Shown: positions 26,951 through 40,200 of the stretch, in pieces
Numbering within the stretch: the stretch's first letter is position 1
How the letters are laid out: every line of letters starts with the position of its first letter
Assembly: GCA_965235115.1 (NCBI GenBank)
Contig: OZ249451.1
Location: 4,464,001-4,528,000, forward strand
Direction of reading: 5' to 3'
Source: Laetmonice hystrix
Lineage: Eukaryota
DNA: 64,000 nt
Notes under the pieces: generated by a model
Databases searched by the model: none
Seen by the model: only the letters and a program-made list of their open reading frames with translations
Told to the model about the DNA's origin: nothing
Program-made: the position numbers and the translations under genes

Positions 26951-28315
26951 CAGGGGCGCCGCTGCCTATTTCAAAGTGGGGGGGACAATCTTGGGTGTGT
27001 TTGACCTTTTCCCCCGAGATTTATGTACCATAAGAACTGCAAAATAACAGTGTATTCACCCCCCCCCCCAAGGGGCGGATCCAGGATTTTCTTTGCAGGG
27101 GGGGGGGGGGGGGTCAGAAGGTGCCCGCGCCGAGAGGGGAAGGGGGTCCGACTTAAAATGTTTGGGAATATAAAAGGCGATCGATGCTATTTCCCGGCTT
27201 CTCAGCATCAAACTAAAGAGCTTTCGGTGCCGACCTTTTGCTCAAGATTAATGTATTAATCAGTGAGGGATTCATCAGGGGGCTTGCCCCCCCCCTTAGA
27301 TCTTCCTTTTTTGTATGAAGATGTATCATACTATTAGTACCTACAATTACAATGAAATCATGCCGAGCGTAGCGAGGCTAAACATTTTTTTAGGTGGGCC
27401 CCACCTGGCCATTGACATCACAAAAAACAGTATCAAGCAATATTTATCAGAAGCAAAAAAAGTTGACGATTAGGCCTAAAACACACTTTTACCAAATAAA
27501 ATAGAGACCGTCCCCATCCTACTTGCCACTTTCTATTCTACCACACTAGGCCTCATAAAGAATTGGTAAACCTCACTCATTATTTGAATACATTTACGCA
27601 TGAGGTCTTTTTCCTCAAAATCAAATAGGAAGGCACAACATGGTCTATGGGCTAAACAAGAGACGGTACAGGGACGGATCCAGCTTTTTCAAGTAGGGGG
27701 GTCCAACGTTTTTAGGGGCGCAACCGGTGTGACTGTAGGAGTGCCGAAGGCACAAAGCCTTGCTAGGGCGTCCGGGGGCATGCCCCCCGGAAAATTTTCA
27801 AATTCAAGGTGTACTTTGGTGAAATCTGATGCATTTTGGAGCACAAAGCTATTTAAAGACCAATGATGTCAAAAGTCTTATGTAGCCCTACAATGCCATG
27901 AGGCGCCATGAACGGCAGGAGGGGCGCCATGAAATTTTAGGGGGGTCCAGACCATATGTGACCCCTCCTCTGGATCCGCCAGTGTGGTAGGACTAAGGTA
28001 CACAGGGAAGCTGCGGGGGATCTAGGCCGCGGTTAGACCCATATTAATTATAGAACAGCAAAGCATAGACCTATCTCCGAAACACATAGGCTTAAGCCTA
28101 TATAGGCGAAGGCCAAGATTAAAAATGATGAAAATCTATCTTTAATTTGCCTCCCATGGGCAATTCACCTTAAAAAGCTAGGCATAGGGAGTATAAGAAG
28201 ACCTGTAGATCTATTAGGCCTAGCTTCAACTTCAAGGAGCCTTTGACCTTTTTAGGTCGCCAGCAAAAGTGGGGGGGACATGTCCCCCCCGTCCCCCCCG
28301 GCAGCGGCGCCCCTG
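26951..28315. mobile_element. 1365-bp non-autonomous TIR element with perfect 6-bp TSD, containing nested MITE fragments
   Basis: Perfect 16-bp TIR CAGGGGCGCCGCTGCC (26951-26966) / GGCAGCGGCGCCCCTG (28300-28315), flanked by GGTTAC on both sides. Internal GGCGGATCCAG-type ends at about 27070 and 27669-27984. No long ORF. Confidence 0.8.
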
Positions 28316-28817
28316 GGTTACTGTATGCATCCGCTATGATATTACTCCGCCAATGTATCACAGTCATTGCCCTTGGGTTTCCAAAGATTACCTGACGTTA
28401 TTATAGATCTAACACATAAAGTCTTCAGCTATATGTAAATATAAATTTCCTTGGATTTGCTTTACCATCCGATCTGTGAATTATTGTAGCTTTACCTTTT
28501 CCTGCAAAGAAATATTTGTTCAACCCTTGAAAACAACAACCTCGACTACATGTATCGGGAACCGTTTCACGGGAGCCGACGTGACTGTTTCCCATTTACC
28601 GCCGGCTGCCCTATACACCCGGAAGAGACCCAGGAGGAGGTTTACCTCCCATGTACGTCTCCTCTGTTCGTGCCTCCAGGCCGTCAGGACGCAGCGTCTG
28701 TGCCTCCTGAGTCCTTCAACAGGTCGGCCGTCTCCATCCTATCTATACGATAATGATATCCCAACGGACCCCAGCTATCTGTAGAGTGTGGCCAACATTG
28801 TGTGTGTTGGGAGCACA

Positions 28818-29108
28818 NNNNNNNNNNNNNNNNNNNNNNNNNNNNNNNNNNNNNNNNNNNNNNNNNNNNNNNNNNNNNNNNNNNNNNNNNNNNNNNNNNN
28901 NNNNNNNNNNNNNNNNNNNNNNNNNNNNNNNNNNNNNNNNNNNNNNNNNNNNNNNNNNNNNNNNNNNNNNNNNNNNNNNNNNNNNNNNNNNNNNNNNNNN
29001 NNNNNNNNNNNNNNNNNNNNNNNNNNNNNNNNNNNNNNNNNNNNNNNNNNNNNNNNNNNNNNNNNNNNNNNNNNNNNNNNNNNNNNNNNNNNNNNNNNNN
29101 NNNNNNNN
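28818..29108. other. Assembly gap (N run)
   Basis: 291 N. Confidence 0.99.
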
Positions 29109-30545
29109 CAAAATAGACTACCCATAAAACAGATGATAAATTAGATGGTCGCATACTTTGTTAATCCCACCAATACGAATCAGCCCTCTCCCCTCAGCCC
29201 TTTGGGAATGATATTTTTTAGACCTTTCTCCCTTCCCAACATACAGTTGCCCGTTACTATCCCTTTCCTTTCGCTTGTTAGTTCGCCCTATTGGACGTCC
29301 TCCCTTTGAACAATCCCTTGTCCCCCACATTGCTTGCTTAATCCTGCAGTGAATTATCTTAAGCCGATCTATAGTCTTGATTATTCAACACAAATAGACT
29401 ATAGTCGGCTTGACTCCCCTGCTGGAAACACAAATATAGCCAGCTTGACCTTACCCCTGGAAACATCCAATGAATGCCTGGCATGATAAGAAATGGATTG
29501 CCGTTTCCGCGATCCTGCCCTGGCTATATCTTTCATTAAGGCGAGCGCTGGTGCCAACCACATATCACATGCCCCCTCCCCCCGGCAGTGATCAATCAAG
29601 CGCCGCCTACCGGAGATGGCATCCACTAGAAGCGATGTGCCTCAATCCCAGCATACATAGCGCGGCGCCGGTCCATACCTCTCGTCTGAATTCATACAGG
29701 GGGCGCTCATGTCAACCTTCCAATCGCGCGCGGACAACCCATGTTATTCACGGTACCACTCATGCAAGTGCAAGGAAAAATGGTGCCAGTTTGAAACGGG
29801 AAGGGAGGAAGCAGGCCATCTTTCGCCGCCCAACATCCACCGCTTGAGTTGTTCGGGCGCCTACCAATCGATAGGGGTACCACCCCCACTGGCCATACCA
29901 AAAGCAACTACAATGAAAGGTCTTAAGTTCTCCCAACATACATGGAGCTATGGCTGAAAACTGCCTAATAAATTGCCGGTTTCGTATGATGAATATCATA
30001 ATAGGGCCTAGGAACATTCAACAAACGCCCTTTGGGTTAATTCTGCAGGATGATAAATCGACTTCCCATTGTTTTATAGGTGCCTGCAGTTATTTATATC
30101 AATCAGATACCTGACTAATGTTAGGAGAGGCTTGCACAAGATCGGTCAGTAGGCCTAAATCCATCCCGAAAATGTAAAACTTAACATCCACGGGATAGTA
30201 TCTATTTTTTAACTGCCCAACCTTCGCAAGTCCCTCTGAAGTTCTCTAGAATAGAATAGAATAAAATATAGACCACCCCCACCTTTATTCGGGGCTTGTC
30301 TTTATCGTCTTTCGTTCTAGGAACTACCTATGAAGATAGAGCGGGGCCAGAACTTGATGAAGCACACTTTTGAAGTTGTAGCGTCGTGTTTTGATGTCAC
30401 AGTGGCCACCCTCCGAATGAGAATGGCAGTGGCAAATAACGAACAATCCAACAGGAAGATTAGATATGCCAGCCGACAATAATTTAATCCCAACCAATTT
30501 AAAGTTTTCGAGTTGGCTTGGCATCATCAGCCTACAAAACCCTTC

Positions 30546-30555
30546 GCGCATGCGC
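30546..30555. promoter_or_regulatory. NRF1-type palindrome upstream of the small peptide gene
   Basis: Perfect GCGCATGCGC about 570 bp upstream of the ATG at 31115. Motif match only. Confidence 0.35.
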
Positions 30556-31114
30556 GCCAGTCCACATGTTTGACTGGCGTGAGGGCCAATCAGAAGACGT
30601 GATCGCCAGCCTCATCAACGTCCGTCGTTATGTCGAATCTGGACAGCCCCCGATGGAGCCACAATCTCCCATTTTCTCCGCTATTACACGACACGAGAGT
30701 GTTGCCTGAAATCACTGTGTGTTTGATTGCGAGTCGGTGTGTACGGCACTGAGCCCGCTGAGCAGTGTAATTATGTGGAACGTGCTGTGGAGCACAAGTA
30801 ATTGAGATTCTGAGAATAATGGTGCCGAGTTACTCAATCACCCCATGCCAATATTCCATGTGATCCCATCTCTTGTTTTCCCCATGTGTGTTTTTATTAG
30901 GCCGATGTCACACGTACCTGAGCGATCTGGTATTTTTTGGTGAGGCCTATTATTAATTAAAGGGCAAATATACCTTTTGTGATTATCAGTGCACCATATA
31001 GGCCCTTTCAATTACATGTACTTTGATGTTTATTTTCCCCCCAGATCTTTAAACTATGAGCTCTTTCTTAAGGGTCAGGGTGATATGGTTTCAGGTGCTT
31101 CCATTGAAGTGAAG

Positions 31115-31642
31115 ATGGCTCGATCCTGGTGGACGCTCCTGTTGCTAGGGACAGTCCTGGTCGTCATGGCGACGTCAGCATCCATCCCCATTCCTGACCT
31201 CGATCATAACGCTGGAGGGACGATCCCTGCCGAGGAGGACCAGGTGTGACCTGTAGCCTAGATATACTGATATACTGATTCATCTAGATATACTGATAGA
31301 ACAACTTATCACATCAAGTTCAAGGTCACTTCTAGCATCTTGAAACAACAGATCTATAGATTCGACCTTAGCCCTACTCGTAACCTTGGCAGGCTAATAA
31401 AATATATGCATTCTTTATTTTGAGTCTCCTGGAGTAGGCTGTACACACTCTTTTCGTCTTAAAGGCCCACTGTATACTTTGATCGCCATGTCGACTGGTA
31501 GATTTTTTGTCACGTGACCTGTGGGTTGTCCTTCCAGGAACCGGAAGACGACACCGATTACCATGACAGCAGCGGCAGCAAGCTACTCACTCTCTATCTC
31601 GCCCGCCAGGGGGCAGTGCGGGCGCCATGGGACCAGAACTGA
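31115..31642 (+). CDS. Small secreted peptide precursor of unknown family, 77 aa
   Basis: Exon 31115-31243 (AAGATGG Kozak; upstream acceptor TTTCAG at 31094; donor CAG|GTGTGA) and exon 31538-31642 (acceptor CTTCCAG), phase 0. Protein: MARSWWTLLLLGTVLVVMATSASIPIPDLDHNAGGTIPAEEDQEPEDDTDYHDSSGSKLLTLYLARQGAVRAPWDQN*. Signal peptide, acidic spacer, and GC-rich coding-like exons against an AT-rich background. Confidence 0.7.
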
Positions 31643-33287
31643 AGGAGATGAGATGACAAGTTTGCAGCCCGACCTGTTGAAAGGCTAAAATACCAAGGAT
31701 CCGTTTTCAAAGTGATCGTGCATTTACAAAATGCATTAGGCCTCGTCGAATTGAAGTATTAAAAAAATTAACCTTTCTAGGCTATCCGTCTTTGTAAGGT
31801 GGCCATAATCAACCAGACGGTTACTTTGAATGGAGCAGACATAGAGGTCTATTATTCAAGGCTTGCTAAACTCTTAGGCCTATCAGCTAAACATTTTGAT
31901 ATGCTGCACTGACCTCTAACGAACCAGAAGATTGAGTTGTTGGTTGGTGTGATGAGCTGGTTTGGCTAATTTCTGGTCGCGTACGCTCACCAGCTTCAGA
32001 CTTGTAGGCCTAGGCCTTACAATAAGGACATAGCACCAAGACCAACAATTCAGGGAAATTGGGAGTAGGGGTCATAGTTAGAGGCAGGGCTAGGGTATGG
32101 ATAAGTCTAGGAGCCCATGGGAAGGGTTAGGTTTTGGACTGGATATAGGCCAAGTGATAGCCCTAGCGTTTTAGTTTTGATCATCCAATTTCTGGGGAAA
32201 GTCCCCTAACTATGGAGGATATTTGAGTGAAACGTTTTCGTCTACCAAGGAGTCCTAATTATGTAATCCACAATAAATTGGCCATTTGATTCTTCCATTT
32301 ATTCGAGGGTTCTTTGTTTTATTTATTGGTAACGTCCCCAGAGTTCGTTTGTTGTTACACGATTCTACTAGTGAGTTCCTTATTATATCTCTGTCTATCC
32401 TTCGTACAAATGGCTTCCTGTCAGTCCAGTTCCAGGTGCCAGCCCACTGTGTGTCAGCTCTGTGCCGCTAGGTAGCAACTCCACGATAGAGGGCGCCCTG
32501 TTATTTCTGTTACACGAATTAAAGGTAATCGATCACGGCCGCCGAGTTTTGTCCCCATCTTCTACGAATCTGCGTATTTCAAGCTGAGGGTACGTACCTG
32601 ATCTTGAATCTATCCCACTGGACTGATAAAACATTCTGTCGTATCCATAACATTGTTGTGCAAGGTCTCTTGTTGATTATGAGCCATAATGAGGCGATAC
32701 ATCCCATGTTTTTCATCTCAATGGACTGAGAACCGAGAACGACCGCCATGACCGCGTTAGCGTTGTTAGGGCGGTCGTTACTAAGCAACGGGATCGGGCG
32801 CATGCGTTGCCTCGCCCTGCTCCGCCCGCCCTCCCCCATAATCCAAGTAAGGACATGATTTTATTCGCGTGCTCTCGTCTCTAGCCAAATAGGTAAACGC
32901 CTAATTAATTAATTAAAACTATTGTCGATATGGATGCGCCATGGTACCAGAATGCTAGAAACCCCTTAGGCCTAAAATAATAATTTTTTACTTAATTTTT
33001 GTTAAATTGACTGCGTTTATTTCAATTTTCGGACAGATTTCCTTTAAAAGAAAAATATATTTCATCGCTGACCAACTGTTTTCAATATCGGCGTTCTATT
33101 ATCGAAACTATGCATGCAGAGACTATGCAATTCAACTTAATTAAAATGCAGGCTATCTAGGCCTATAATCACAAATCCCCTGGAAAATTTTCAACCAAAT
33201 CATGTTTGAAAGGGTGTCCTTTGGCCTATAGGCCTAGACAATGATGTACGCTGCCTTGAATTAGACGTTTCAAAAATTAAATACAAG

Positions 33288-33748
33288 ACCAAAGTTCTAA
33301 TTTTTTGTGTATAGCATAGTCATAGTAGGTATAAGCTTCAAAATAAAGCATTAAAAATGATAGGTCACTGTGCTAAGTTTTGGGAAAATGACGGGTAAAG
33401 ATTGATTAATTTAACATAGGATTCAATGGAGAAATAGACCTTCCGGGACGTTTTTACTTCCGCTGAACTACTTCTGCTAATAAAATTCTTCCAAATTTTA
33501 CATATATTCATCTCAGGACAATATTGACCATTTTAAACGAGAGAAAAAGGTAGGTCACCGTTCTAATTTTTGATGTAGAGTGGAAAAGCTTCAATGCAAA
33601 AAACGGGTTTCATATTGAGTTCAACGTTAAATTGACCATCCTTTTTTCAAAAATAAGAATAAAAACCTATCACTTTTTTTTATGTTTTATTTGAAAGCTT
33701 ATAGGCCTACTATGACCATGCTATACACAAAAAAATTAGAACTTTGGT
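33288..33748. repeat. Long inverted repeat (about 80-bp arms, about 300-bp spacer), probable fold-back transposon relic
   Basis: ACCAAAGTTCTAATTTTTTGTGTATAGCATAGTCATAGTAGG... (33288-33365) is the near reverse complement of 33665-33748. Confidence 0.75.
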
Positions 33749-34047
33749 AATACTTTCATTTTTCTGAATATCACACCAATAGGAAATAGGCCTATTAGTA
33801 GGCTACCGGGGTCGGAAATGACCACTTCTGGCTGCGCAGGTTTCTGCTTGTCGTAGGCCTATCGTTAACTCCAATGCATTTTCAATGGGGATTTTAACGC
33901 ACGACTGGATAACGATAGATGAGAAACGCACCCCGATGAGAACTTTAAAAAACCGATCAGTCGTGTTTAAACTGATGCAATACGTCCTCGAGTATTGCAT
34001 GGCCTGTTGAAAACGGATCTCTGGGAGGGGAATCCCATTTGTAGTTC

Positions 34048-34069
34048 TATAAATAGACGTGTGACGTCA
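34048..34069 (+). promoter_or_regulatory. AOX core promoter: TATA box plus CRE
   Basis: TATAAATA at 34048-34055 and TGACGTCA at 34062-34069, about 160-180 bp upstream of the ATG. Confidence 0.55.
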
Positions 34070-34225
34070 TTTAAGTGATCCTCGGGCAGCTCAAAGACAG
34101 CAGCTGCGGCTTGCCCTCGACCGCCACTGTCACTGAAGATCATCCCCGATTAGATCAAAGTTTCAACAAGCGATCCTCCATTAGGCTCTTTTAGACAAGA
34201 TAAACATCGCCTGTAGACCATTGGA

Positions 34226-37200
34226 ATGGTATCATCGTCCACGATGTCGATGGCTGTGAGGACGGTTCTGCTGCAGAGACCGTACCGGGGGCTCAGGCGA
34301 GGACTGCCGGGAGGATGGAGATACCGCACGGCCTCCCCGACTCCATGGACGTACTATTCGGTGAGTCCGTCCAGTATTTATGGGTATTTCCCCCTAGAAA
34401 AAAAAATTGGAGTGTCTTAATACATTATTTATTGTGTTTTAGGCAAGAACTTGAAAATTACCGAAAATCAGACTGAAAATAAAGCTTGGAAAATGATCAT
34501 TTGATTAAGTAGGCTTATAATAATTGTGTAAACTGTAAAAGACATTTTTGTTTGGGGGGGGGGGGGGGAGCTAAAGCTTTGACGGGTTTCCGGAAAACGG
34601 TAAAAAAAACCCTGAATCTGCCCCGGACTCTGGTGCATTGTTTTAGATGTTGAACCATATTACGGGGGCCTCGTTAACCAGAACTGGGGTAGCCCCCCCC
34701 CCCCCATATTATTGTATTATTGGGCATTATGGTTCCATGTCTAGGCACGTAGGGTGGTTTCTGCAGTGATTCCTGAGCATGTGTGGCCAACCTCAACTGC
34801 TACTACAGTTACTGTAGCCTACAGTACAATGTACTGTACTGGGTTCCTAGCACGTAAATCACTATAGGCTACATACATGGATTCCACACATTCAATCAGT
34901 ACAGACTGTCAACACTACAGGTGTAATAGGCCACTGTTGAATGATTTATAGTGCCATGTAAGCCTACGTGGTCGGACTCAGCTGGGGCTGTGGGTGTGGG
35001 ACAAGTGCCGCAGGACAAACACAGAGTATTCTGTGGGACAAATGCCTCAGTCAAGGTCATCCAAGAGCCAGCAATAGACAACAAAAAATAAAGAGGGGGG
35101 AGGGAGAAAAAAAAAAGACTGGTGGCCAGGGACGAAGTGGTAGAAGGGAATCCACTATAATCAACAGTCTCTGTCTGTTAGCCCCAAAGTCAGCAGGATC
35201 TATGTAGGGCCTACTATAAATTAGTATAATAAAATGGTGTATTGATTTACCTAGCTAGCCTAAAGCAAGCCCTCGGTCTTGGTAGAAAGTGTACCTGGGC
35301 TAGAGAAAGTCAACACTAACTGATAATAGAAAGCTAAACAAACTTCCATCAGGAAATCAATTAAGAGTCTTATAGTACTACAATGTACCTTTAATTGTTC
35401 CTAATCTAAATGAATGTTTGCAGGTATGCTGTATGACGACAAGCAGTAGCCCAAACAATGGTAATGGTATGACAAAGAATGTTGAGGCAAACCTTCAAAA
35501 AATCAGAGAAGGAGTCTTCGACAAGGATGTCAGTGACCCTGAGGACCTCAAGCACTTCAGGTTGGTCACTAAAAAATTGAAAAAATTAAAAAATACTTGT
35601 TGATGGGGAGGAGGATACCATTACCAAATGCTAAACACCAAGAAGCACCAAACCAAGCAAAATGAATAAATCATAATAATGCCAATTTTAATTCCACTAA
35701 AGTATAGTGACTTACATTGTTCAATCTTTATCAGATAAAAAATGTTTTTTTGGTATCTGAACAGGAGAGTCCCCATATCTGCTAAAAGTGTTGTTGAGGA
35801 GGTTGGGACTCCAACCAGCAGAATAGACCAGATACCACCCATAGGGACACACTCCCTGCCGCATCCAATCTGGTAAGTGACAGAATCCAGAAACTTCTTC
35901 AATATGACTGTAAAAATAGGCATGCATCTGTGTGAAGTATAATAATGAAAAATAAAGAATTGCAATTATAAATCCTGGTCAAGTGTAGATTTGTTTTATT
36001 GTTTAGGAGTAAGGAAGAGGCAGAGTCAGTGAAAATAACACATCTGGAACCCAAACGGTTTGTGGACAAGGTAAGTCTGTACAGGATGAAGTAGACTAAT
36101 AATGTGGAAAACTTATCTAGAGTTTGTTCAGTGAAACAGTCATGTCTTTAGTGGCTATAAATATCTCATCAGAGGCAAATCATGTCAAGGTCATGAGAGG
36201 AATTTATACTCAACATTAACAATTTTAATTTTGTTTAGTATCTCTGTCATCCACAGTCACTCCTCCATACCGAAATTACTTTTATCGGACAGTCCATTAT
36301 TTTTTTCCTGTTTTTTTTTTTTTGACTAACAGATGGCCTATGGCTGTGTCCGGCTGCTTCGGTTTGGGTTCGACACGCTATCTGGCTACAATCGGCCAGA
36401 GCGTAATGAAAAGATCTGGTTGAAGTATGCATATTTACAAATTTATATCCTACACAACCTAAACAATGAGCTTATTGGATAGAAATGTTTGAGAAACAGT
36501 GGCAAACACTCGGATAAAGAGGATAGTATGTTGATTTTTAAAAGCATCTGTTTGAAATAAGAGTAATCTCACCAGAAAATGAACCTGATGCATCTTTCTA
36601 AACAATAATGTTTAATTTTTATGTATTTTTATATAGCCGAATTAGCTTCTTAGAAACTGTGGCTGGTGTTCCTGGAATGGTTGCAGCTATGGTGCGCCAT
36701 CTCCATTCACTGCGACGTATGAGACGTGACCACGGCTGGATACACACTCTACTCGGTATGTACACAAATACTGTACTGCAATGTTGGTTCCGTCTGTCCC
36801 TGCCACTGGGCTATGGGTCAGTACATACTGCAATGTTGGTTCCATCTGTCCCTGCCACTGGGCTATGGGTCAGTACATAATGCATTGTTGGTTCCATCTG
36901 TCCCTGCCACTGGGCTATGGGTCAGTACATACTGCAATGTTGGTTCCATCTGTCCCTGCCACTGTGCTATGGGTCAGTACATACTGCAATGTTGGTTCCG
37001 TCTGTCCCTGCCACTGTGCTATGGGTCAGTACATACTGCATTGTTGGTTCCATCTGCCCCTGCCCAGGACTATGGGTCAGTACATACTGCATTGTTGGTT
37101 CCATCTGTCCCTCAGCAATGCATAAACAAGATATCTTTTTATTTAAAATTTTAAAGATTTACTTCTGAATCATTCCAACCTTGATTGTTGTTAGAGGAGG

Positions 37201-40200
37201 CAGAGAATGAACGCATGCACCTAATGACTGCACTGCAGCTGAAGAAGCCTGGGGTGTTTTTCCGTTCGGCTGTTGTTGTCACACAGGGTATGTAGTAGTG
37301 TTCACCATCTCTTACAGTGTGACCTCTGATTGGTTGCAATAGTTAAACTGCCTTTAGAATGTTTTTTTTTTTTTTATCTAATTATGAAATTGTGATCTTG
37401 TACTATTTTTGTTCTCTTACTTGGACTTTCTGTCAGTGGGCTTTAAGACAATGATAATAAAAGGAAAGTGTTGAAAACTGATGACGGAATGTGGCTATCT
37501 TTTACAATGGTCTCTTATTTTGTAGGGTTCTTTGTGGTGGGCTTCAGTCTGGCATACCTTGTCAGTCCACGGTTCTGTCATCGTTTTGTTGGCTACCTTG
37601 AGGAGGAGGCTGTTCATACATACTCCAAACTCCTTCAGGTCAGTTTCATTGGTCTATCGATGAGCTCTCAATTACCAGATCAAACTAATGCCTTGAATCT
37701 TGTCTAAAAGAAGTACTTTTTTATAGCCTTGTTGTGTGAATGAAAAAAGTTAAAGAGGATGTTTTTTTCAAACTTAGACAGGATATAACATGTTGCAATG
37801 TTGTTTTCATGTGTCTTCACTGGGACAGGATGTGAATGTTGCAATGTTGTTTTCATGTGTCTTCACTCGGACAGGATATAGATGTTGTAATGTTTTCATG
37901 TGTCTTCACTGGGACAGGATATGGATGTTGTAATGTTTTCATGTGTCTTCACTGGGACAGGATATGGATGTTGTAATGTTTTCATGTGTCTTCACTCGGA
38001 CAGGATATGGATGTTGTAATGTTTTCATGTGTCTTCACTGGGACAGGATATAGATGTTGTAATGTTTTCATGTGTCTTCACTCGGACAGGATATGGATGT
38101 TGTAATGTTTTCATGTGTCTTCACTGGGACAGGATATGGATGTTGTAATGTTTTCATGTGTCTTCACTGGGACAGGATATGGATGTTGTAATGTTTTCAT
38201 GTGTCTTCACTCGGACAGGATATGGATGTTGTAATGTTTTCATGTGTCTTCACTGGGACAGGATATGGATGTTGTAATGTTTTCATGTGTCTTCACTCAG
38301 ACAGGATATGGATGTTGTAATGTTTTCATGTGTCTTCACTCGGACAGGATATGGATGTTGTAATGTTTTCATGTGTCTTCACTCAGACAGGATATGAATG
38401 TTGTAATGTTTTCATGTGTCTTCACTGGGACAGGATATAGATGTTGTAATGTTTTCATGTGTCTTCACTGGGACAGGATATAGATGTTGTAATGTTTTCA
38501 TGTGTCTTCACTGGGACAGGATATGGATGTTGTAATGTTTTCATGTGTCGTCACTGGTACAGGATATGGATGTTGTAATGTTTTCATGTGTCTTCACTGG
38601 GACAGGATATGGATGTTGTAATGTTTTCATGTGTCTTCACTCAGACAGGATATGGATGTTGTAATGTTTTCATGTGTCTTCACTCAGACAGGATATAGAT
38701 GTTGTAATGTTTTCATGTGTCTTCACTGGGACAGGATATAGATGTTGTAATGTTTTCATGTGTCTTCACTGGGACAGGATATGGATGTTTTAATGTTTTC
38801 ATGTGTCTTCACTGGGACAGGATATGGATGTTGTAATGTTTTCATGTGTCTTCACTGGGACAGGATATGGATGTTGTAATGTTTTCATGTGTCTTCACTG
38901 GGACAGGATATGGATGTTGTAATGTTTTCATGTGTCTTCACTCAGACAGGATATGGATGTTGTAATGTTTTCATGTGTCTTCACTGGGACAGGATATAGA
39001 TGTTGTAATGTTTTCATGTGTCTTCACTGGGACAGGATATGGATGTTGTAATGTTTTCATGTGTCTTCACTCAGACAGGATATGGATGTTGTAATGTTTT
39101 CATGTGTCTTCACTCAGACAGGATATAGATGTTGTAATGTTTTCATGTGTCTTCACTGGGACAGGATATGGATGTTTTAATGTTTTCATGTGTCTTCACT
39201 GGGACAGGATATGGATGTTGTCATGTTTTCATGTGTCTTCACTCAGACAGGATATGGATGTTGTAATGTTTTCATGTGTCTTCACTCAGACAGGATATAG
39301 ATGTTGTAATGTTTTCATGTGTCTTCACTGGGACAGGATATGGATGTTGTAATGTTTTCATGTGTCTTCACTGGGACAGGATATGGATGTTGTCATGTTT
39401 TCATGTGTCTTCACTGGGACAGGATATGGATGTTGTAATGTTTTCATGTGTCTTCACTGGGACAGGATATGGATGTTGTAATGTTTTCATGTGTCTTCAC
39501 TGGGACAGGATATGGATGTTGTAATGTTTTCATGTGTCTTCACTGGGACAGGATATGGATGTTGTAATGTTTTCATGTGTCTTCACTCAGACAGGATATA
39601 GATGTTGTAATGTTTTCATGTGTCGTCACTGGGACAGGATATAGATGTTGTAATGTTTTCATGTGTCTTCACTGGGACAGGATATGGATGTTGTAATGTT
39701 TTCATGTGTCTTCACTGGGACAGGATATGGATGTTGTAATGTTTTCATGTGTCTTCACTGGGACAGGATATAGATGTTGTAATGTTTTCATGTGTCTTCA
39801 CTGGGACAGGATATAGATGTTGTAATGTTTTCATGTGTCTTCACTCAGACAGGATATGGATGTTTTAATGTTTTCATGTGTCTTCACTGGGACAGGATAT
39901 GGATGTTGTAATGTTTTCATGTGTCGTCACTGGGACAGGATATGGATGTTGTAATGTTTTCATGTGTCTTCACTGGGACAGGATATGGATGTTGTAATGT
40001 TTTCATGTGTCTTCACTCAGACAGGATATAGATGTTGTAATGTTTTCATGTGTCTTCACTGGGACAGGATATGGATGTTGTAATGTTTTCATGTGTCTTC
40101 ACTGGGACAGGATATAGATGTTGTAATGTTTTCATGTGTCTTCACTCGGACAGGATATGGATGTTGTAATGTTTTCATGTGTCTTCACTCAGACAGGATA

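Noticed and set aside
28476-28784. GC-rich ORFs next to the third gap
   Set aside because: No recognisable domain or consistent splice sites, and the gap prevents evaluation.
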